Assembly (NCBI RefSeq): GCF_001194135.2
Contig: NC_068989.1
Coordinates: forward strand, 10,989,205 to 11,053,204
DNA from: Octopus bimaculoides
Lineage: Eukaryota
DNA: 64,000 nucleotides
Direction: 5' to 3'
Below, in pieces: positions 1 through 12,870 of this stretch. Each line of letters starts with the position of its first letter. Position 1 is the stretch's first letter. The translations under genes and the position numbers were made by a program. Under the pieces are notes generated by a model. That model was given only the letters and a program-made list of their open reading frames with translations. It did not search any database and was not told where the DNA came from.

Positions 1-130
1 AAAAGGTAAGTTATTTTAGCGAATCCCTACAAATTACAAATTAATTTTATAATAATTGAAACACATTTTGAATATTTCCTTAGAAATATTGTCACAAAAT
101 GGTTAAATTATTTTCATTTTATATTTTCAG

Positions 131-174
131 CACCAGCTAGAAGAGAAAAAAACAACTTAACTGATATTACATAA
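131..174 (+). CDS. Probable terminal coding exon of an unidentified plus-strand gene entering from the left edge (intron 6-130)
   Basis: AAAAG|gtaagt at 5/6, AT-rich intron, ttttcattttatattttcag acceptor at 130; all three frames stop within 45 nt (longest APARREKNNLTDIT*); AATAAA at 187-192 and 271-276. Confidence 0.5.
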
Positions 175-610
175 CAGTTCCAAAAGAATAAACTGCACTG
201 ACTGCCTGCAGCAGACTCTCCTATCACTGCGAAATACGTACTGCTTTTGCTGTGCAAATTACACCTTTACAATAAAGAGCTTGGACTTGTATCACCTATG
301 ATAGACTGTGTGAGAAATATGTTATATTAATTGAACTAAATAATTCTGTGTTGGCTTATATGTTGTGATTATCAGAATTGTTGGATTCATCTGCTGGAGT
401 TAAGTTCGACTTCTTCTGAGTATGAACTTGTACTACTTATATTGTCTGATTTCACAGATGATGTCGTTGATATTGTTGTCATAGCTACAGCTTTGGAGAA
501 ACTTAGCTTCAGAAGAATACCATTTCAAATCTCTCTTGCACAATTGATCAATCAATGGAGCTAAAAAAAAAAAGACTCAACTGTGATGTACACTCTGCCT
601 TGCACACCTT

Positions 611-746
611 TCAGTCAACATCTTCAGGTACCTGATCTTCAGCATGTAATAACCAGGTAACCACTATGATTGAGAGAAAAACGGTTGTTGCATACATCAG
701 GGTGTACAAGTGGCTGGCCTTTTTCTCAATGGAGAAACCAATGTAC
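611..746 (-). CDS. FG-GAP gene terminal coding exon: (G)YIGFSIEKKASHLYTLMYATTVFLSIIVVTWLLHAEDQVPEDVD*
   Basis: Acceptor cgttattcag, phase 2 completes GGG; hydrophobic segment LYTLMYATTVFLSIIVVTWLL then a short acidic tail and TGA. Confidence 0.88.
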
Positions 747-1081
747 CTGAATAACGAAGAACATCCATTATTGGAATATAAGAAAAGAAAATCGAGGAAT
801 TTTGGAAATATACAATTCTTGAAAAATTATGCTGGAAAATAAAACATTTAACAACTGCCATCTCACAGATCAATTCAATCAAAGCTAACTGGATTTACTT
901 ACTAAAATATCTGCAACAGAGCGCGGGAGTGGCTGTATGGTAAGTAGCTTGCGTACCAACCACATGGTTCCGGGTTCATTCCCACTGCTTGGCACCTTGG
1001 GCAAGTGTCTTCTACTATAGCCTCGGGCCGACCAAAGCCTTGTGAGTGGATTTGGTAGACGGAAACTGACAGAAGCCCGTC

Positions 1082-1115
<34 letters not shown>

Positions 1116-4100
1116 NNNNNNNNNNNNNNNNNNNNNNNNNNNNNNNNNNNNNNNNNNNNNNNNNNNNNNNNNNNNNNNNNNNNNNNNNNNNNNNNNNNNN
1201 NNNNNNNNNNNNNNNNNNNNNNNNNNNNNNNNNNNNNNNNNNNNNNNNNNNNNNNNNNNNNNNNNNNNNNNNNNNNNNNNNNNNNNNNNNNNNNNNNNNN
1301 NNNNNNNNNNNNNNNNNNNNNNNNNNNNNNNNNNNNNNNNNNNNNNNNNNNNNNNNNNNNNNNNNNNNNNNNNNNNNNNNNNNNNNNNNNNNNNNNNNNN
1401 NNNNNNNNNNNNNNNNNNNNNNNNNNNNNNNNNNNNNNNNNNNNNNNNNNNNNNNNNNNNNNNNNNNNNNNNNNNNNNNNNNNNNNNNNNNNNNNNNNNN
1501 NNNNNNNNNNNNNNNNNNNNNNNNNNNNNNNNNNNNNNNNNNNNNNNNNNNNNNNNNNNNNNNNNNNNNNNNNNNNNNNNNNNNNNNNNNNNNNNNNNNN
1601 NNNNNNNNNNNNNNNNNNNNNNNNNNNNNNNNNNNNNNNNNNNNNNNNNNNNNNNNNNNNNNNNNNNNNNNNNNNNNNNNNNNNNNNNNNNNNNNNNNNN
1701 NNNNNNNNNNNNNNNNNNNNNNNNNNNNNNNNNNNNNNNNNNNNNNNNNNNNNNNNNNNNNNNNNNNNNNNNNNNNNNNNNNNNNNNNNNNNNNNNNNNN
1801 NNNNNNNNNNNNNNNNNNNNNNNNNTCCCACTGTGTAGAGAGAGTGAGTGAGTGAGTGAGAGAGAAGGAGAGAGTGAGAAAGAGAGAGAGAAGGAGAGAG
1901 AGAGAAGGAGAGAGAGAGTGAGTGAGTGAGAGAGAAGGAGAGAGTGAGAAAGAGAGAGAGAAGGAGAGAGAGAGAAGGAGAGAGGGAGAAAGAGAAACAG
2001 AAAGAGAGAGGGAGAAAGAGAAAAAGGAAGAGAGAGTGAGACAGAAAGAGCGAGGGAGAGGGGGGAGAAAGAGAAACAGAATGAGAGTGAGAAAGAAAGC
2101 GACAGAAAGAGCAAGGAAGAGAGTGGGAGAGAAAGAGAGACATTAGAAATAATTGAAAAAGACTGGCATAAATACTTTTCCTCTCCACATACAGAGAGAG
2201 AGAGCAAGGAAGAGAAGGAAAGAATGAGAGAAGCATTAAAACGTCTGATGTCAAATGTGTCAGCATCAAATCAGCGATGCCAAATAGGCATCGCCACAAC
2301 AGCTGTGCCAAAACATCTCGTAACATACCCAAATAAGACAAGAAGCGAGAGGGGGGAGAAAGAGATATAGCTTGCGCCTTCTGGTGCAACAGACAGAGCT
2401 GTTAACCACCGACAAAGACAGGTGGACAATAGTTCTATGTCAGCACAACATGAAACGGAGGAGAAGCAACTGTTCTATAGAGGTGATAACTGCAGTTTAC
2501 TTATAGAGCAGAGAAGTATGCGGACCATTGCTAGTTCTATGTTAACGATAGTTTATTAATAGAGCAGGCAGAAGAGTTGGTTGTAGTGGGAAGTTAGAGT
2601 GAAATGGATATAACAGACATGGATACCATAAAATGGGACATAGCTTTTATGCTAACATAACATCCTGTACACCGAGGCAGCGGAAGACAGATGCTATGGT
2701 GGGGGTGGGTGGAAGGNNNNNNNNNNNNNNNNNNNNNNNNNNNNNNNNNNNNNNNNNNNNNNNNNNNNNNNNNNNNNNNNNNNGGGTGAGGTGGGGGGTA
2801 CAGCAGAGCTAATTAGGTGATGATAAAACCCAAATATTAAGTTCTCCTGTACTGGTGGGACGAGATAGACACTGAAAGAAAACGACAACAATAAAAAACA
2901 ATTTTTTTTTTTTTGACAATAAAATTACAAAACGAAACAAAATATTAAAACTTAAAACAACAACAAAAAATTACAATACTGACTGTAGTAGTAGTAGTAG
3001 AAATGGTGGTATGTATTGTTAATGATCACTGTAGTAGAGGTGATAGTAGCAGCAGCAATATGAATTGTTGCTGATGGTGGTGAAGAATGTTTTTGTTGTT
3101 GGTGGAGGCGGCGGTGGTGGTGGCAGCAGTACCAACAATATTTTTGTTGTTGGCAAAGATATACGGGTGCTGGTGATGTTAGTGGAGGGTCGGGGGGACG
3201 GATGATGCTGATGGAAGTATGGATGGACATAACAGTATTGCTGCTGTTGTTTGTTGACAACGGTAACCACGGTGATGATGTTTTTGTTATTGGTGGAGGT
3301 ATATGTGGCACTGTTCATGTTGTTGGAAGTTTAAGCGATAATGGTGGTGGTGGTGACAGTGGAGGTACAGGTGACGGTCTTGCTATAATCGGTGATCGGT
3401 CGTATGTTTGTTACAGTCACTGCTTGCTGGTTGTTTAGCATCAGATACACTCTAACCAAAAGGCATTCCAGCCATGACAATCTCAACTTTTCATAGACTT
3501 AGAACTTCATTGTCCAATGTCTCCATTTTCTTTTTTTAGAGTAGCAGGGTGTCATTTGAGGGAATTTTGCTGCTAGCTGCTATTTTTAGCATGATGAACC
3601 ACCACAAAGTGGCACCTCCTTCATTAAATTGTTTGTTGGTAGTGGTGGTTGTGATTTGTTGTTGGTGGTGATGGTATTGGTTGTGGCAGTATGGTGGTAC
3701 TTTTGTCAGTGTTGGTGTGGTGATATTGGCAGTGGTGGTGGTGGTGGTGGTGGTAGTGTTGGTGACAATTATGGTGGAGTGACAGTATTTATGGAAGAGA
3801 GTTGAGAGACTATAAGAAGCAAGGGAGGAGTAGTAATTACAGGAAAGAGAGAAAGATATATATATAGAGGAAGAGAGGGAGTAAGGAAAAGAAATAGAGA
3901 GAACAGGAAGACAGAGAGAGAAGGGAAGAGGGTGAGACAGAGGACATGAGATGAAGTAAGGAGAGAGGTGAGGGGTAAAAAAAAAACTGACATAAGAAAA
4001 GAGAGATGGGGGGAAATCATAAAGTAGTGAGTGAAGGGGAGAGAGAGAGAGAGAGACAAGGAGAGAATGAGCAAAGGAGAGAATGAGCAAAAGAGAGAAG

Positions 4101-5384
4101 AGACAGATAGAGATGGCAGTAGAGACAAAGAGAGAGAAGCAGTGTGTGTGTGTGTGTGTGAGAGGGGAGAGAAAGAGAGGAAAATAATGAAACAGTATGC
4201 AGCAGTGACAAAAACTGGAAAAAAACCAAAAGAGAAAGAAATGGATTAACAGCAAAGTGTGAGTGCAGACAAGACAATAAATATTGGTGAACCAATAGCT
4301 GCATGGTTAAGAAGACCACTTTGCAACCATGTAATTTCAAGTTCAGTTCCACTGTAAAGCACCATAAGTGTCTCTTCTACTATAGCCCCCAGGCCAACCA
4401 ATGCCATGTCAATGAATTTGATAGACAGAATCTCTGCAAAAAGGCGGCGAGCTGGCAGAAACGTTAGCACGCCGGGCGAAATGCTTAGTGGTATTTCGTC
4501 TGCCGTTACGTTCTGAGTTCAAATTCCGCCGAGGTCGATTTTGCCTTTCATCCTTTCGGGGGTCGATAAATTAAGTACTAGTTATGCACTGGAGTCAATG
4601 TAATCGACTTAATCCCCTTGTTTGTCCCTTCTATGTTTAGCCCCTTGTGGGCAATAAAGAAATAAGAAACACTGCGAAAATCAATCTCACTCACACACAT
4701 CAACATCATCGTTTAACATCTGCCTTCCATACTAGCGTGGGTGGGATGGTTTCACAAGAGCCAGCCAGGCAGAAGCCTACACCAGACTTCTGTGACTGTT
4801 TTGGCAAGGTTCTTACAGCTGGATGCCCTTCCTAACACTAACCACTTTCCAGTGTGTACTGGGTGCTTTTAAGTGGCACCTACACTGACAGGGTCACCAA
4901 GTACTTGCAAAAGGATGAAAAGCAAAGTTTCACCTCGGCAGCATTTGAACTCAGAACATAAAGACAGAAAAAAATGCTGTTAAGCATTTTGTCCAGCAAT
5001 GCTAACAATTCTGCCAACTCACCACCTTAATAAACAATAACAACAACTATGATTTCTAAAAACAGCCAAAAGAGAAAGTTTAATAAAATGAAATACTTGG
5101 TCAGTACTTATTTTATCAATCCCTGGAATAATCTAATGTCAAATTGACATTAGAACATTCTTTCATTCTTTGACATGTTTCAGTCGTTTAACTGTGACCA
5201 TGCTGGAGCACTGCCATGAAGGGTTTTACTCGAACAAATAAACCCCAGAACTTTCTTCTTTTTTTAAACCTAGTACTTATTCTATCGGTCACTTTCACCA
5301 AACTGCCGAGTTACGGGGACATAAACACACCAGCACCGGTTGTCAAGTGGAGACAAATACAGACACACACACATAGATACATAC

Positions 5385-5417
<33 letters not shown>

Positions 5418-8400
5418 NNNNNNNNNNNNNNNNNNNNNNNNNNNNNNNNNNNNNNNNNNNNNNNNNNNNNNNCAAGTCTTTGGTCAGCCCGAGGCTATAG
5501 TAGAAGACACTTGCCCAAGGTGCCACACAGTGGGACTGAACCCGGAACCATGTGGTTGGGAAGCAAGCTTATTTCTTTATAGCTCACAAGGGGCTACACA
5601 CAGAGGGGACAAACAAGGACAGACAAACGGATTAAGTCAATTATATCGACCCCAGTGCGTAACTGGTACTTATTTAATCAACCCCGAAAGGATGAAAGGC
5701 AAAGTTGACCTTGGCAGAATTTGAACTCAGAACATAACGGCAGACGAAATACCGCTAAGCATTTCACCCTGCGTGCTAACGTTTCTGCTAGCTTCTTACC
5801 ACACAGCCACACCTGCACCATAGAGAGATAAATAAATAAAAGGCATTTCATTTAAGAGTCTGCTACACACCGAGAACATTAATAAACACAGCATGCACCA
5901 AACATTTACACTGAAATTACTCACCCCATTTTGCATGTGAGAATTATATCTTTCCATCCATCGTTGTTAAAGTCTCCAATAACAAGGGGAGCAGTTGGAT
6001 GGCAAGGTGTGGAATGAGAAGCAAGGATGGTACCTTCCTTCAGATCGAGCAATGTGAGCCGTTTCCACCCAGCAAATACGAGGGCATCCTGCAGAAAGAA
6101 AAACAAAAATTAAGTAAAAGTGAAGGACAATTCGAAAGAAGGCATTACATTTTTGAACTAGAAAAGCAATCGGATGGCGTAGACCTCTGCCAAGCTCGTT
6201 TTAAGATAGATATGCGAGTAAAATTACTTGGCTGTGTGGTAAGTAGCTTGCTTACCAACCACATGGTTCTGGGTTCAGTCCCACTGCGTGGCACCTTGGG
6301 CAAGTGTCTTCTACTATAGCCTCTAGCCGACCAAAGTCTTGTGAGTGGATTTGGTAGACGGAAACTGAAAGAAGCCAGTCGTATATATGTATGTGTGTGT
6401 ATATGTTTGTCCCCACCAACATCGCTTGACAACAGATGCTGGTGTGTTTACGTCCCTGTAACTTAGCAGTTCGGCAAAAGAGACCAATAGAATAAGTACT
6501 AGGTTTCCAAAGAATAAGTCCTGGGGTCGATATGCTCGACTAAAGGCGGTGCTCCAGCATGGCCACAGTCAAATGACTGAAACAAGTAAAAGAGTAATAG
6601 AGAAACGAAAATAAACTTTGGAAACAGCAACGCCACCATAGGTTACATCCCCCACAACTTAGCAGTTCAACAAAAGAGACCAACAGAATAAGTACAAGCC
6701 TTAAAATTAAGTACTGGTATCAATTTGTTCAACTAAATCCTTCTAAGCAGTGCCCCAGCATGGCTGCAGTCCAATGACTGAAACAAGTATAAAAGGTGAA
6801 AAATGTAAACAATATATCTTACCTTGGTCCCATAGACTTGCAGAGAGAGGGACTGATAATTTGGTAGGAATGATTTTGTATAAACCGTCCAGCGCTCTGT
6901 GTCTGAAACTTTATCCTTTAGTGCAGCCCGACCTTCTTCAAACCAAGACGATGAAGTCTGCGTCTGTAAACATCAAGATTTTCATACATATATATATATA
7001 TATATATATGTTATATAACTATATTTAATACATAAAACATTTTAAGTATATATAGTTGTGTGCATATATATATATATCATCATCATTTAACGTTTGCCTT
7101 ATAACAACTTAATACACATTATGAAAGAACTACTAACGATTTCATACTTTTACAATATTTTAAATGAGTGGGTATGGTGACGAGCTGGCAGAAGTGTTAG
7201 CATGCTTGACAAAAGCTTAGTGGTATTTCATCTGTCTTTGCATTCTGAGTTCAAATTCCACCGAGGTCGACTTTGCCTTTCATCCTTTCGGAGTCGATGA
7301 ATTAAGTACCAGTTGCATACTGGGGTTGATCTAATTGACTGGCCCCTCCCTAAAAATTTCAGACCTTGTGCCTAGAGTAGAAAAGAATATTTTAAATGGA
7401 TATGGTGGCGTGCTGGCAGAAATGTTAGCATGCCAGGCGAAATGCTTAGCGATATTTTGTCTGTCTTTACGTTCTGAGTTCAAACTCTGCCGAGGTCGAC
7501 TTTGCCTTGCATCCTATCGGGGTCGATGAATACTCTGGTGCAGGCTCATACCAGCCCAGTTACTTTCAAACCATCCAACCCACACCAGAATGAACGGCAG
7601 ATGTTAAACTATGGTAATATATATATATATGTATATATAATAGGCATATACACACTATATATATATGTATCCCAGTGTAGATATGGTAATATATGCTCTC
7701 TCTCTCTCTCTCTCTCTGCACACATGCAAATGCATGAATGCATTTATTTTGATATATAAAAGATGTCATCTTTTTCATATCTTATTGCTTAAGGCCAGTT
7801 GTTCTCAAACTTTACTTGTGATGCACTTCAGAACAAGCAAACATATTTCACTGCAAATTAGTGATAAAATACAATAAGAATTTATATATTTTAGCCTAAG
7901 AATATATATAATTAAAATTATTTACTTCATCTCTGCTTCTTCATTAAATAAGTGAAGCATAATTATCAAGATTTTTCCCCTATTTTAAATTTCAGTTCGT
8001 CTTCACATTTTTTTTTTTTTTCTGTATAGTTTAAAAATGTTTTACAGTACACCTAGATACAATTATGACGCAATGTTTTGGAAACTACATGATTCAGCCA
8101 TCTTTAGTAGACTGAATTTGTTCAACTACACCCTACAATTCTATATTTAAGAAATGAGGAATTATGTACATTATTTACATTTGACGGATATTTGTCCTCA
8201 ACTTGTTTGTTGTTAACACAACGTTTCGGCTAATATATCCTCCAGGCTTCATCAGGTGTCTTGGGAAAACTTTGAACCTGGGTTCTCATTCCTAAGGTCT
8301 TTTTCGATGTTATCATTATTATTATTATTATTATTCAGAATACTGCCTGGAATCAAACTCGGAATTTTGGGCTTAGTATAATAATAATAGGTGTAGTGGT

Positions 8401-11400
8401 TAAGAGCACGGGCTACTAACCCCAAGATTCCGAGTTCGATTCCAGGCAGTGACTATAATAATAATAATAACATCGAAAAATAGCTTAGGAATGAGAACCC
8501 AGGTTCAAAATTTCCCAAGACACCTGATGAAGGCTGGAGGGTATATCAGCCGAAATGTTGTGTTAACAACAAACAAGATGAGGACAAATATCTGTCAAAT
8601 GTAAATACTGTAAATAATGTACACCCTACAAAATGGTGCCCAGCATGGCCACATTCCAATGACTGAAACAAGTAAAATGATAAAAAAAAAATACAGAGAA
8701 TAATCATTTTAACCATTTTTGCTGTTTGTTGGTTGACCTTACCTGCCATTGGTAGACTCCATCTGAAGAATGAGAAGTCACTCTACCAGAACTGGACACG
8801 GTCACAATATCATAGGCTACTTTATTGGTCGGTAACCTGTGTCCCATCAAATGCTGAAGAATACCAGATTTTTTGGCCACACTACAAATATAAACAAATA
8901 GTTATAAAAATGCAGATGCATTAGTAAATATACGAGTATAACAAAATAAAAGTTGGACAGGTTCTTGTAAGGCATCGAGTTATTTATAGCATATTCATAC
9001 AGAAAAGAATATAAAAATATACAAATTAACAGAAAACCAAGAGAATTCAGAGAGTGGAAGTTCATAATGATTCCTCATAGACAGGTACAAATCCAGGAAG
9101 TTCATACAATAAGGTTGTTGATGAGAGAGAGAATTTGAGTAGTCTTTTATGTTAGTTCAACTAAGAATCCTAAGAATTATGAGTCAAAATACTGCAAGTA
9201 AAGGAGTAGGAAAAATGTAGATAGTTCTTTACAGCTGTTTCTGGGACATGGTGTTTATTAGAAGCAGTTATGTGTATTGTGCCTACATTTATATATATAT
9301 ATATATATATAAAAAAAGAGTGTTTATGATATGTCCTTTGTAATGCATTATTACATTCCTTTTTAATTATTTAATTTGTTCAGGACAGTATGAACAATAA
9401 AGAGTATTCTGGTATCACAAAGTTTGCCTAGCAGGAACATTTCCAAAATGAAACTATGATTCATGGAACTACTAAAGATTCATGGACTATGTTTCTGAAG
9501 AAAAAGCTGCTACAAACCTTTTCACCACTATCGGAGCAAGAAATCGGTTAGCATCTTCTTCGTAACTCCAAGAACGGGACCAAAACAGTCTTTTAGTCAC
9601 GCATACAGCTATCTGATTTATGCTCTCTTTCTCAGGGTAAAATCTGTGGACATCAATGTAACATGGGTTACGACCTCCAGTACCACCAGAAGAAACAGCT
9701 TCGATGCTAAAATCACCATCAAAATTCACATAGGTGGCTCCCTCTACTGGCAGAGACAGTCTAGTTATAGGCCGTCCCGACACCAAGTTCAACACTTCAA
9801 TACCAAACTGGTTGTAGATGATCACAGCATTGGGTTCAGGGATGTGGTCACTGGGGTTGTGTGGACGCTGGCCTCCATGAGCATAACCAGCTAAATGTTC
9901 AGATTCAAGAGCACTTCGGATCGGGTGAGGCCGGCTCTCGGTGTTGTCCTTGCTTTGATCGTCAAGCTGCTTTTCCATCCGTGCTGCAACAAACCTAGTA
10001 TCTCTAAGGTTGTTCCAAGAATGAGGCTGAAATAATGAACAGAAATCAAATGAGAATAATGATATTCCCTTCAAATACAAACTATAACAACATTAAGAAC
10101 AACAAACCTACGAAGGATCTTCAACAGGGTCACTCGACCTGCTAGAAATCGCAGCCAAATCCCTACCCCATACAGTATCAAACAGTCTTTAAAGAAAAAA
10201 AAGGACACATTAGATAATGTTATCCAAGATACACTGTCCAGAAAAGCAGACAGGATGACCACGGATGGGATGTCATGATCATAGGCTCACATAACACTTT
10301 AGTATTGAAACTGGCCATGTTAGACCCAAATATTTCACCTGTTTTATGGTAAATCCAGCAAGATCTTACCTCTCACACCTACCCTACAATGTCATTCTGA
10401 AAATAAATGATCACATCATCGAAATCTCAAAGCTACAAGATAATAAAGCATGATTAATTGAAACACAATGTGAACAAGAGCACTCAGAGAGCGCAAACCT
10501 CCGCCAAGGCAACACCAACATCCTCTCAATGATTAACCGGAGATGATTTTTAAAATGAGAATATCTGAAATAAACTTGACTGCTCTCACAAACGAGAACA
10601 CTAAAAATGAACCCGACTGCTCTCAAAAATTAAGTAAAAAAAAAAAACGGAAAAATAATCCAGAATTCTTGTCCGGCACCAAATCAATCACAAAATCTAA
10701 TCAATTCGTGCCAGTCATGAGGCCAAATATCCCTGAAAGTTTTATCCAAATCCATCCAGTGGCTCTTGAGATATCTTATCCACAGACAAACAAACAAATA
10801 TCTACTCTTATATAATGCAGGGTAGCCATATATCTCTTCTATAGGCCTTGTCCTTCTATCATACTTTAACCTCACAACACCTGGTACAAAGCCCTTACTT
10901 AGATGAGGCAGTGGGGTTCCTTTCCCTATTCCTAGCTTGCAAGTTATTTTATGACCTTACTAGAGAGCCATAGAAACCATGCCAAAGCTGACAAAGGAGC
11001 TTGCTGTAGCCCTGTTCACCAGATGCTGTCAAAGCATCCAACCCATGCCAGCATGGAAAACAAATGTTAGATGATGATGATGATGACAAATGTCAATGTC
11101 AAAGTAGTATCAATGAGAGGACATGCAGATACACAAACACATCTTTCATTCATTTAGTTTACATCTGGTTTTCCATGCTAGCATGGGTTGGATGACCACA
11201 TATCATTTGAGGATTTGTTCTACAGTTGGATGTCTTTCCTGTTGCTAACCCTCACCATTTTTTCAAGTAAAGAATTTTTTTAATCAACTTGTTCTTCAAA
11301 GCAACGGTAGAGGAGGATTCTGTTGACAGGGAACATCAAGAAACAGTCACTTTTAGCCCAAAACTTTCATTTACACACACATATATATATACAAGCATAT

Positions 11401-12665
11401 ATACATACATACATAATCTAAATATATATATATATATATTATTATATGTATTTATTTTCTCCTAGTAATAAATAACTCGGATAAAATAAATTGGTTAATA
11501 GATACCAGGGTAGCAAAGATCACAAAATAACTGTGGTGTAACTCCTGTTTATGAGGTAGAAACTCCTTGATATTTTGGGTATTTGAGTATATATAAATTT
11601 AANNNNNNNNNNCCTGTTTATGAGGTAGAAACTCCTTGATATTTTGGGTATTTGAGTATATATAAATTTAAAGAATGGAGTAAACGCATATTATAACTGC
11701 ATACTTTTATTCTGACATATGTTTCGAAGAATTACAATTTATGCGATCCATAAGAATCGGCGATGTTAAAAATGTAAACTTCTCCTCAGGGAATTGTATG
11801 GGAACCAGCTTAAACGCAAGACATTATAACCGAATATGAGAACTATAGTTGGAGAAGGTTATAACGTAATTCATTTGAAAAAACCGTTGGAGATTAGGAC
11901 GCTACCAGATAGTGCATTGGACAAGAAGGGAAGAAAAGAAAAGAAAAAAAAAAGAAAAAAAGGGAAATAAAATTCAGAGTGTAGAATTGGGAGACGGTAG
12001 GATGATATAAATCCGATAAAAATTGGAGAGGAATGTTATGTAATAAAAAGGCATTATAAATGGGGTTAATATATATATATTCAACATGAATGCATCATTC
12101 AAAATACTGCCTGGATTTGCCTGGGATTATATCTAAGGGCCTATACTTTCACAGAAGTACAGACCAACCTCCATACCCTCTGGAAAAAGATGAACTGTTA
12201 ACTTTATTCTCCTGTCTGTATTCTTCTATCTACTTTTAATCTTTATTCACCTATTTTATTCCTTAAAATCTGTGAATTTCCCTGTCAAGAACTTTCATTC
12301 AAACTCACCTTGTCTCTGATGACTGAATACCCAGAGAACAGACATGCTCGCCCATCACTTGGGATATCCCAGAAACATCTGTAAGACTTCAAATTCACCT
12401 TACCCTAATTGAATTATTATAAAAGACTTGAGATATTCATCCTGCCTTGATTTTTGTTGTCCTTTTCCTCTAATATATATATATATATATATATATACAC
12501 ACTGATGCATGCATACATATATAGATACATACAGCAAGCTTTCATACAGTTTTCATCAACCAAGGTTACACTAGAAGATACTTGCCTAAAATGCCATGCA
12601 GTAAGATATAACTCGAGACCACACGGTTACAAAACAATCTCCAAATCCATACATCTATGCCTAAA

Positions 12666-12712
<47 letters not shown>

Positions 12713-12822
12713 CACATATGCACAAATACATACATATTTGCATTTATATAATTACATATACATACATACATACATAGATAGAGATACACTCACAAAATTA
12801 TACATATACATGTGTGTACATG

Positions 12823-12870
<48 letters not shown>

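Noticed and set aside
433-560. Extra minus-strand exon (t-rich acceptor at 561, PLIDQLCKRDLKWYSSEAKFL...)
   Set aside because: Lies after the in-frame stop at 611 of a complete C-terminus; the only nearby upstream in-frame donor is the wrong phase; no recognisable homology
885-2389. Long ORFs in the supplied track (440 aa, 495 aa) and similar ones at 21.8-22.5, 32.1-32.9, 38.2-38.8, 40.6-41.0, 48.4-49.4, 50.7-51.3, 55.4-56.1 and 61.6-62.2 kb
   Set aside because: They are open only because of N gaps and dinucleotide or trinucleotide repeats
7796-8090. Degraded hAT-like MITE
   Set aside because: TIR match too weak and no TSD; not called
8390-8453. Possible tRNA gene with ACT anticodon (GGG-CTACTAA-CCC arm)
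   Set aside because: No acceptor stem pairing or proper 3' end; recurs as the head of a repeat at 44948 and 50380, so it is a SINE-type head
11544-11671. Direct duplications flanking 10-N gaps (also 31410-31527 and 41889-42004)
   Set aside because: Identical sequence either side of a minimal gap is the signature of unmerged contig overlaps, not real tandem repeats
12309-12378. 70-nt exon-like segment with perfect gtgagt donor (potential poison exon)
   Set aside because: Poor polypyrimidine tract, would frameshift the host, and such matches are expected by chance in 30 kb of intron; needs RNA evidence
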